Positions 57,116 to 64,000 of a DNA stretch of 64,000 nt are shown in pieces. The stretch is from Erythrobacter sp. (lineage in GTDB: Bacteria > Pseudomonadota > Alphaproteobacteria > Sphingomonadales > Sphingomonadaceae): assembly GCA_039972775.1 (NCBI GenBank), contig JBDWMF010000011.1:102851-166850 (forward strand), given 5' to 3'. The notes beneath the pieces are model-generated. The model saw only the letters and a program-made list of their open reading frames with translations, had not been told where the DNA came from and made no database searches. Position 1 is the stretch's first letter. Each line of letters starts with the position of its first letter. A program made the translations under genes and the position numbers.

Positions 57116-57223
57116 AGCCCAATATGCAGGACAATAGCGTGTAGACGATGCGACCAATCAGCCTTATCGATGTATGTCAGGTTAAAAAAGGGGCAGAAAC
57201 GTGACGGTAACCGAGAAGCGCGT

Positions 57224-58483
57224 ATGACATCATTATCGCGCCATGCTGGCTGGAAATCCAAACTTGCCCTTTTCTTGCCCGGGATATTCCTACTCGGCTT
57301 TAACATTGGCACTGGCAGCGTCACGACCATGGCAACCGCTGGTGCGAACTATGGGATGAGCCTGCTCTGGACGGTAATGATCTCATGCGCTGCGACCTAT
57401 TTGATGATCGCAACCTATGGCCGTTATACGCTTGTTACGGGTGAAACCGCCCTTGAGGCTTTTCGTAAGCATATCCACCCAGCCGTTGGCGTATTCTTTA
57501 TAGCCGCATTGGGCGTGGGTGTATGCGCCAGTGTAATGGGCGTTATGGGGATCGTCGCCGAAATCAGTTTTGAATGGTCAAAGACTTTTATCGATGGCGG
57601 GATTGATCCGCTGTATTGGGCGGCATTTTTTTGCGCAGTTGCCTACTTCATTTTTTGGAATGGAAGCACGCAGGTTTTTGAACGCACCTTGGCGGTGATC
57701 GTTGCTATTATGGCGGCCTGCTTTGTGCTCAATTTCTTCATCCTGATGCCTCCGGTCGCAGAAATGGCGGCAGGCCTTATCCCATCAGTGCCCGAAGTTT
57801 CAGAAAGCGAGGCTGGGCCATTTTTGCTCATTGCATCAATGGTGGGAACCACGATTTTTTCAGGCCTGTTTATAATGCGTACTACGCTGGTGAAGGAGGC
57901 TGGCTGGACAATTGAGCACGACCGCCAGCAGCGCCGCGATGCTGGATTCGCAGCGATCATGATGTTTGTTATCAGCGCTTCAATTATGGCCGCAGCGGCG
58001 GGCAGCCTTTTTGCGCAAGGCATCGGTTTGGACCGTGCTTCTCAAATGATAGGGCTGCTCGAGCCGCTGGCCGGTCCACTAGCGGTTTCGATCTTCGCCA
58101 TAGGCATCATTGCAGCGGGCGTATCTTCTCAGTTTCCAAATCTACTGATGATCCCATGGCTGTTATGCGATTTCCGCTCAACACCGCGCGATATGACACA
58201 GTGGAAATACCGACTTTTCGTTGGCGCAATCTCTTTGTTGGGGCTCGTAGTACCACTGTTCGATGCAAGGCCAGTGCTAGTGCTCATCATGTCGCAAGCC
58301 TTTAATGTTGTACTGCTTCCTGTCACGGTTGCCTGCATCATATATCTTGGCAGCAGGGCAGACTTGATGGGTGAATATCGCAATTCACTGCTCACCAACA
58401 TTGGGCTAGTTGGTCTTTTCCTATTCTCCCTACTGACGGGTTATATGGGTTTTCAAGGCCTGATGGGCTTAATCGGCACATAG
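57224..58483 (+). CDS. NRAMP-family transporter-like membrane protein
   Basis: I chose the start at MTSLSRHAGW (57224). ...LPGIFLLGFNIGTGSVTTMATAGANYGMSLLW... matches the NRAMP first-helix region (the D-P-G-N position reads F-N-I-G-T-G). It has about 11 transmembrane segments. Confidence 0.75.
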   Translation: MTSLSRHAGWKSKLALFLPGIFLLGFNIGTGSVTTMATAGANYGMSLLWTVMISCAATYLMIATYGRYTLVTGETALEAFRKHIHPAVGVFFIAALGVGVCASVMGVMGIVAEISFEWSKTFIDGGIDPLYWAAFFCAVAYFIFWNGSTQVFERTLAVIVAIMAACFVLNFFILMPPVAEMAAGLIPSVPEVSESEAGPFLLIASMVGTTIFSGLFIMRTTLVKEAGWTIEHDRQQRRDAGFAAIMMFVISASIMAAAAGSLFAQGIGLDRASQMIGLLEPLAGPLAVSIFAIGIIAAGVSSQFPNLLMIPWLLCDFRSTPRDMTQWKYRLFVGAISLLGLVVPLFDARPVLVLIMSQAFNVVLLPVTVACIIYLGSRADLMGEYRNSLLTNIGLVGLFLFSLLTGYMGFQGLMGLIGT

Positions 58484-58497
58484 GTAGAGATAGGAAT

Positions 58498-59679
58498 ATG
58501 CGCGAATCTTGGCGATGGTTTGGACCGAATGATCCGGTTAGTCTGGATGAAATCCGGCAGACTGGCGCGACCGATATCGTCAGCGCGCTGCACGATATTC
58601 CCATCGGAAAGGCTTGGCCGAGAGAGAAAGTCGCCGCGCATCGTGCTTTGATTGAGGCCGGTAATGTTCCCGGTTCGCAGTTGGAGTGGTCTGTAGTCGA
58701 GAGCATTCCAGTGCATGACGATATTAAGCTCGCGGCACAGGGAAGCGGCGCCTACACCGATGCATGGATCGAAAGCATGGAAAACCTTGCGGCAGAAGGT
58801 ATCAAAACCATCTGCTACAATTTCATGCCGGTGATCGATTGGACGCGAACCGATCTGCGATATCAGCTTCCCAATGGCGCTTTTGCGCTCAGGTTCGATC
58901 AAGATCGTTTCGCGGCATTTGACCTATTCATTTTGCAGCGTGAAGGCGCTGAGAACGATTATCGCGAAACTGAAATCGCGCGCGCCGCTGCTACCCATGC
59001 GGGCATGTCTGATGAGGAGATAGCTCTTCTTACCCAGACCATCATCGCCGGTCTTCCAGGGAAGATGACGGATGCATACTCGCTCGAAGATTTCCGCGCA
59101 GCATTGGCCCGCTATGCAAATGTCGATCACGATACGCTGCGGACCAACCTTGTTCGGTTTTTGAATCGGATCCTTCCAGTCGCTGAAAAGTTAGATGTAA
59201 GGCTGGCAATTCACCCTGATGATCCGCCGTGGGATATGTTTGGATTGCCCCGCGTGATATGTACGCCGGACGATTTAGAGGCGCTCTTCGCTGCTGCGCC
59301 CAGTGAAAACAATGGCATCACTCTGTGTGTTGGCACATATGGAAGCCGGCCAGATAACGACCTGCCGCAAATGGCGCGCGATTACCGCGACCGCATCCAC
59401 TTTGCCCATCTGCGCGGGGTAAGCCGCGATACAGATAAGCCGCGGACCTTCATTGAAGCCAGCCACCTTGATAGCGATATCGATATGGTCAGCGTAATCC
59501 GAAACCTTCTTGAAAACGAGAACGCGAACCAGCGGGAGATTTTCATTAGGCCTGATCATGGGCATTTGATGATGGGCGATGTTAGCAAGGCTTCGAATCC
59601 GGGCTATTCAGCCATTGGCAGGATGAAGGGGCTAGCCGAAATCCGCGGCGTAGTGCGGGCGCTGTCTGCCATCGATTGA
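58498..59679 (+). CDS. uxuA: mannonate dehydratase UxuA
   Basis: The N-terminus is MRESWRWFGPNDPVSLDEIRQTGATDIVSALH. The length of 393 aa is typical of UxuA. Confidence 0.9.
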   Translation: MRESWRWFGPNDPVSLDEIRQTGATDIVSALHDIPIGKAWPREKVAAHRALIEAGNVPGSQLEWSVVESIPVHDDIKLAAQGSGAYTDAWIESMENLAAEGIKTICYNFMPVIDWTRTDLRYQLPNGAFALRFDQDRFAAFDLFILQREGAENDYRETEIARAAATHAGMSDEEIALLTQTIIAGLPGKMTDAYSLEDFRAALARYANVDHDTLRTNLVRFLNRILPVAEKLDVRLAIHPDDPPWDMFGLPRVICTPDDLEALFAAAPSENNGITLCVGTYGSRPDNDLPQMARDYRDRIHFAHLRGVSRDTDKPRTFIEASHLDSDIDMVSVIRNLLENENANQREIFIRPDHGHLMMGDVSKASNPGYSAIGRMKGLAEIRGVVRALSAID

Positions 59680-59694
59680 TGTGTTTTTTTGGGG

Positions 59695-60106
59695 GGTGCT
59701 GTCAGACTAATCACGGGCTTGTCTCCGATTGGCGCAGGTTGCCCTTCCCCGTTCGACTCTCAAGCCATGAGATTTTGCCACTCAGTCAGTGCTACTGAGC
59801 GAGCGGTCTTGTAAGATTGGCGGTCGGATAGGTGGCGTGCTGAATTGAAGTGATTGTGGGCGTTGGCATGGAGATATGTGAACTTCTGTAGTGATTTCAT
59901 CCGCCGGAACCACTGGATGACACGCTCTTTTCTTCGGAACGAGAGAAAGAGGAAAACGGACATACGACATCACGACCAAGTGGATCACTTCGGGCGAAGA
60001 GTTGAAATAACGAAACGGACTGGCTGGTTTGCGGGGTCTTGGCATGCGCCCTGCCCTAGCCTCATCCCCTTATTCGTCAGTTAGATGCATTGGCTCTGAC
60101 AGTGCC
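59695..60106 (-). mobile_element. decayed IS6-family copy (larger internal deletion)
   Basis: The left end GGTGCTGTCAGACTAATCACGGGCTTGTCTCCGATTGGCGCA is near-identical to the copy at 39361. The ORF pieces translate to ...RKERVIQWFRRMKSLQKFTYLHAN...HLSDRQSYK and ...FRYFNSSPEVIHLVVMSYVRFPLSL. The right end is CATTGGCTCTGACAGTGCC. Confidence 0.8.
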
Positions 60107-60215
60107 CTTAAAGCCCACTCGCCATCGATCGGGTTACGCCTAACGTGACGCCCGGCAGGCAAACTTTGGCACTTGATAGAGTATGGCTAGCGGGCACTCA
60201 CCAAACTCTCAATTT

Positions 60216-60249
60216 TGTCCAATCGGATAAATTATACTCCAACCGGACA
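60216..60249. promoter_or_regulatory. imperfect inverted repeat TGTCCAATCGG...CCAACCGGACA upstream of the Rieske oxygenase gene
   Basis: It is read directly from the sequence. It contains TCCAATCGGATAAAT, which recurs as TCCAATTGGATAAAT at 63646. Confidence 0.3.
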
Positions 60250-60372
60250 TTTTATGAGCGATTCTGATAGTGTGAGTATACTATTCACGGGCGCATACAT
60301 TCTGACCAAGGGCGGCGTGGGTTGGCCGTATTGGCCTTAACCTGCATGACACAAACCGAGCGAGAAAGACCA

Positions 60373-61710
60373 ATGGCTGATTATGACTCCGGTGAATTGA
60401 ACGAGAAACTGGCGGATATTTCCAAGCAGCCTGAGCCCAATCTGCGCGGCAATCCCATTTCTCCTGAACGCTATTTCTCTAAAGAATGGATGGACAAGGA
60501 ATGGGATACTGTCTGGACCAAGACATGGCAGATCGCTTGTCTTGAAAGCGAGCTGGCTAAAAAAGGCGATTACACCACCACTTCACTGGGCCGCGAGCGG
60601 ATTCTATGTGTGCACGGCGATGACGGGGAAATCCGTGTGTTTTACAATGTCTGCCAGCACCGCGGATTGGAATTGATGAAGGATGAGTGCGGCAATGAAA
60701 AACGCCTTACCTGCCCTTATCACGCATGGTCATATGATCTGAACGGCAAGCTGCGCTTTGTGCCTGACGAGGCGGATTTCAAACAGGGCAGCCCATGCGG
60801 CAAGCTCAATCTGGTTGAGATCAAATCACAAGTTTGGGCCGGTTTCGTTTGGTACAATATGGACGATGATTGCGTGCCTTTGAAAGAATATCTGGGGCCG
60901 ATTGCCGATCAGATCGACACATATCCGATGGAAGAGTTTAAACGCACGCATTGGGTCACGGTCGAAGGCGACTGGAATTGGAAGCTGGTGCAGGACAATT
61001 TCAGCGAAAGCTATCACGTGCCATTCGTCCATCCCGGCGCCATCCATACACTCGAATATGGGCGCGAGGGATGCCAGTTTGACCATTATCCGCAGGGGCA
61101 TTGCCGCATGCTAATGCCCGGTGGAGGCCCTGCAAAAGCGGTCAAAGGCGGCGAGAAAGAAACGCTAGCAAACCTCAAAGGTGAGATGGACTTTTGGGAA
61201 CTTGATCCAGAAGATTATAAAGGCGGCAATGTGCGCAATATCCGCAAGGATCTGCAGAAAGCCAAGCGCGAGAAGGGTGCAGAGAAAGGCTATGATTTCT
61301 CGACCTATCGCGATGATCAGCTAACCGATAATTGGCATTATACGATCTTCCCGAACCTGTCGTTCAGTCTGAAGCCGGAAAGCAATATTTGGCTGCGCGC
61401 GCGCCCGCATCCCACCGATCCGGAAAAATGCCTTTTCGACATGTGGTTCATGGTGCTGTTTGCGAAAGGGCAGACGGACTATTTCTCTTACGTGATGCAG
61501 GACACCATCTCTACCGAGACAGAGGTTCCCCATATGCAAGGCACGGTCGATGAAGTGACCACTGGCCCGGCGATTGACGAAGATTTGGAAATTTGGCCGC
61601 AGCAGCAACGCGGGCTGCATTCGCGCGGATACCGGCGCGACTATCTCGCGGGGCAAGAAAGCCGGATGCTCTATTTCCACGAAACGCTAGAAGATTGGAT
61701 GGCGCGCTAG
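60373..61710 (+). CDS. Rieske [2Fe-2S] aromatic-ring-hydroxylating oxygenase, alpha subunit
   Basis: I chose the start at MADYDSGEL (60373). It has the Rieske motif CQHRG...CPYHAWSY and a catalytic-domain His region, ...SESYHVPFVHP.... Confidence 0.85.
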   Translation: MADYDSGELNEKLADISKQPEPNLRGNPISPERYFSKEWMDKEWDTVWTKTWQIACLESELAKKGDYTTTSLGRERILCVHGDDGEIRVFYNVCQHRGLELMKDECGNEKRLTCPYHAWSYDLNGKLRFVPDEADFKQGSPCGKLNLVEIKSQVWAGFVWYNMDDDCVPLKEYLGPIADQIDTYPMEEFKRTHWVTVEGDWNWKLVQDNFSESYHVPFVHPGAIHTLEYGREGCQFDHYPQGHCRMLMPGGGPAKAVKGGEKETLANLKGEMDFWELDPEDYKGGNVRNIRKDLQKAKREKGAEKGYDFSTYRDDQLTDNWHYTIFPNLSFSLKPESNIWLRARPHPTDPEKCLFDMWFMVLFAKGQTDYFSYVMQDTISTETEVPHMQGTVDEVTTGPAIDEDLEIWPQQQRGLHSRGYRRDYLAGQESRMLYFHETLEDWMAR

Positions 61711-61746
61711 TCGCGGCACATAAGGGAGAGAGCATTATGAGCCGTC

Positions 61747-62252
61747 TAGAAATTATGGCCGACAAGCTGGAATGCACCGAACTTGTGGCGAAGCTCGCCA
61801 AGGGGATCGACCGCTGCGACGCGGAAATGGTGCGTGCCTGTTTCCACCCTGATGCAACCGATGATCACGGCGCGTTTAAGGGCACAGCAGAGGAATTTAT
61901 CACTTGGGTCATGCCCGTGCTCGATACGATGGAGCGCACGCAGCATGTGATCGGCCAATCGCTGGTCGAAGTGAACGGCGACAAGGCGGCAGGCGAAAGC
62001 TATTTCGTTGCGCATCACAACATCAACACACCCGATGGCGAGATTTTCATGATCGCTGCTGGCCGTTATCTCGACAGTTTTGAACGCCGCGATGGCGCTT
62101 GGAAAATGAGCCACCGTCATGCGATTTACGATTGGAGCAGCACCGTTCCATCAACCGATGGCTGGGACCGCAATGATCCCGAAAATCCCAGTGTTTATGG
62201 CATTCGCGGCACAGGCGATGCATCTTACGCCCACCTTGCCAGCGTGAAATAG
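61747..62252 (+). CDS. NTF2/SnoaL-like protein (possible oxygenase small-subunit analogue)
   Basis: I chose the start at MSRLEIMADKLECTELVAKLAKGIDRCD (61747). The pattern is typical of SnoaL_4-type NTF2 folds. It begins 36 nt after the Rieske gene. Confidence 0.7.
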
Positions 62253-62258
62253 CAATTC

Positions 62259-63593
62259 GTGGCAAGCGGCGCAGGCAGTAAAGCAGAACCCATTTCACAA
62301 GCTTCCGAGCAGGGCGCAGAAATCCCGCGCGGCAAAGCGAACTATGTGCTGGGCGTGCTTTTCATCGTCATCATGCTCAACTTCCTTGACCGGCAAGTTA
62401 TGGCGATTTTGGCCGAGCCGATTAAGCAGGATATGGGCCTGACCGATCAGCAATTGGGGCTGATGACCGGCCTCGCATTCTCACTATTCTACACCACAAT
62501 GGCGATCCCTGTGGCGGCGCTAGCTGACCGCTGGAACCGCAGCTGGATCATCGCGATGGCTGTCACCATTTGGTCGGTTATGACCATGCTGTGCGGCGCA
62601 ACGCAAAACTTTGCGCAAATGTTCCTCGCCCGAATGGGAGTGGGCATCGGGGAAAGTGCCAATTCACCGCCTGCCCAATCACTGATCGCTGAATATTTCC
62701 CGCCGGAAAAACGCGCAGCCGCATTGGGCATTTATGGCTCTGCTGTTCCCATTGGTGCCTTTATCGCATCCGCTGGCGGCGGCTGGCTGGTCGAAAATTT
62801 CAGCTGGCGGATCGCTTTTGTGATTGCAGGCGCGCCGGGCATTTTGGTCGGCCTGATCATGTGGCTGACCGTGAAAGACACGCGGCCGCACAACAAATTA
62901 TCCGAAGTGTTCAAACGCCGCAAGGGCGAGGCATCCTATTCAGAAGCTTTCAAAGAATTGGCGAGCAAGCCAGCCTATTGGCATCTGGTCGCTGGTGGCA
63001 CGATGGTCGCTTTTGTCGCTTTCGGCATAGCCGCCTTTTACGGGAGCCTGTATGTACGCGTATTTGGTCTCGGCTATGCAGAGCTGGGCCTGAAAATCGG
63101 TATTATGATCGGCATTGCAGGCGTGCTTGGCTCTTGGATGGGCGGCTGGATCGGCAATAAGATGGACACCAAAAGCCCCGCCTCTTCATTGCGGGTCGTG
63201 GCCTTAGTTTTCCTGCTGGTAGTGCCGGCAACCTATGCTGCTGGCTTCACATCCTCTGCCAATATTTCCATGCTGTTCTTAAGCGTGCTGACCTTCGCAT
63301 CGACATTTTATTACGGGCCAACATTTGCGTTGATCCAATCCCTTGCCAGTTACCGCACGCGGGCGATGGCGGTGGCGATATTCCTGTTTATCTCTGGCAT
63401 TATCGGCATCGGCTTTGGCCCAGTATTCCTCGGCACAATATCCGACTACCTATCCGGCGGTAATCCCGCGAAAGAAGCTGTTGCGCTGAAGAATGCGATA
63501 ACGATAACAGGTGCATTTAGCGCGTGGACAGCCTTCCATTTCTGGCGCGCGCATTATTGGATCAAGAAGCAAGGCATCGCGGGACCTGCATAA
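62259..63593 (+). CDS. MFS transporter
   Basis: 444 aa with 12 predicted transmembrane segments. It has ...LNFLDRQVMAILAEPIKQDMGL... and a D-R-W-N-R loop. Confidence 0.85.
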   Translation: MASGAGSKAEPISQASEQGAEIPRGKANYVLGVLFIVIMLNFLDRQVMAILAEPIKQDMGLTDQQLGLMTGLAFSLFYTTMAIPVAALADRWNRSWIIAMAVTIWSVMTMLCGATQNFAQMFLARMGVGIGESANSPPAQSLIAEYFPPEKRAAALGIYGSAVPIGAFIASAGGGWLVENFSWRIAFVIAGAPGILVGLIMWLTVKDTRPHNKLSEVFKRRKGEASYSEAFKELASKPAYWHLVAGGTMVAFVAFGIAAFYGSLYVRVFGLGYAELGLKIGIMIGIAGVLGSWMGGWIGNKMDTKSPASSLRVVALVFLLVVPATYAAGFTSSANISMLFLSVLTFASTFYYGPTFALIQSLASYRTRAMAVAIFLFISGIIGIGFGPVFLGTISDYLSGGNPAKEAVALKNAITITGAFSAWTAFHFWRAHYWIKKQGIAGPA

Positions 63594-63643
63594 GCTGTAA
63601 TACCGCTGTCAAAAGCATCAATTGAAATAGCTGCAATAGTTCT

Positions 63644-63657
63644 TATCCAATTGGATA
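63644..63657. promoter_or_regulatory. perfect palindrome TATCCAATTGGATA upstream of the amidohydrolase gene
   Basis: It is read directly from the sequence, about 35 nt upstream of the ATG at 63692. Confidence 0.35.
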
Positions 63658-63691
63658 AATATTCGCATTTCCCTTTCGAAGGACACGAACC

Positions 63692-64000
63692 ATGTATGAT
63701 GCAATTATCCGCGGCGGCACGATTTATGATGGCTTGGGCGGTGCGCCCTTTGTCGCCGACATCGCGCTGAAAGATGGCGTGATCCAAGAAATTGGTGCGA
63801 AGATTGACGGCACTGCATCACGCGAAATTGACGCAGCAGGCTCTATCGTGACGCCGGGCTGGGTTGATGTGCACACGCATTATGATGGTCAGGTCAGCTG
63901 GGACACTGAACTCGCGCCATCCTCTCACAATGGCACCACCACGGTTGTGATGGGCAATTGCGGTGTCGGCTTTGCACCGGTTAAGAAAGGCGAAGAGCAA
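63692..64000 (+). CDS. D-aminoacylase / N-acyl-D-amino-acid deacylase-family amidohydrolase (N-terminal 103 aa; continues beyond the window)
   Basis: [35 protein letters not shown]...[18 protein letters not shown]...[12 protein letters not shown] is the typical N-terminus of this metal-dependent hydrolase family. The frame is open to the window edge. Confidence 0.75.
   Translation, partial: MYDAIIRGGTIYDGLGGAPFVADIALKDGVIQEIGAKIDGTASREIDAAGSIVTPGWVDVHTHYDGQVSWDTELAPSSHNGTTTVVMGNCGVGFAPVKKGEEQ

Noticed and set aside
1-64000. CRISPR arrays, rRNA genes, prophage structural genes, toxin-antitoxin pairs or known defence systems
   Set aside because: I saw no regularly spaced repeat array and no cas, RM, Abi or toxin-like gene signatures in any translated ORF.

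Overview
This 64-kb window looks like an accessory chromosomal region of a Gram-negative bacterium. The gene families and the number of TonB-dependent receptors suggest a marine Sphingomonadales-like alphaproteobacterium, but that is inference only. It reads as carbohydrate-utilisation and miscellaneous modules separated by debris of one IS6-family insertion sequence. I count one intact copy, two internally deleted copies, two right-end stubs and two MITE-like derivatives, and every copy with a scorable orientation points the same way. Main blocks in order: (1) the 3' part of a TonB-dependent receptor, an isochorismatase-family hydrolase, and a TetR-headed string of small membrane and hydrolase genes. 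(2) A recombination scar at 5.9-6.6 kb holding relics of a PL7 lyase and kdgK, a defective tRNA-Leu, a 16-codon integrase stub and an IS6 stub. (3) A cytochrome P450 plus ABM-like pair between IS debris. (4) A hexuronate-type module with an enolase-type mannonate dehydratase, a Gfo/Idh/MocA oxidoreductase, a sodium:solute symporter and a KduD-like SDR. (5) A 770-bp ORF-free stretch. (6) A minus-strand array of seven genes (fatty-acid hydroxylase, rhodanese, small Gly-rich secreted protein, membrane-GT2 fusion, DUF547, DUF2064, radical SAM) plus a convergent second DUF547 gene. This matches the poorly understood 'arsenosugar-type' gene neighbourhood, but no arsM is visible. (7) The intact IS6 element. 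(8) A 16-kb mixed segment with an Oar-like receptor, 2OG oxygenase, NupC, YhhQ, GH42 beta-galactosidase, a Tat-signal PAP2/vanadium-haloperoxidase-like protein, a porin-like protein, GST, and an operon of parallel-beta-helix lipoprotein, dihaem cytochrome c and OYE flavoenzyme. (9) A 19.8-kb alginate-utilisation locus (PL7, kdgK, SDR, MFS, kdgF, PL17, PL6, GntR, two TonB-dependent receptors, NRAMP-like transporter, uxuA) bracketed by two decayed IS6 copies in direct orientation. (10) A Rieske oxygenase, an NTF2-like protein, an MFS transporter and the start of a D-aminoacylase-like amidohydrolase. I saw no CRISPR array, rRNA or recognisable defence system. The best candidates for something new are the rSAM/DUF2064/GT2/DUF547 cluster, the beta-helix/dihaem-cytochrome/OYE operon, and the IS6-bounded alginate island with its distant relic copy. 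All calls come from reading the sequence and translations by eye, with no database searches.
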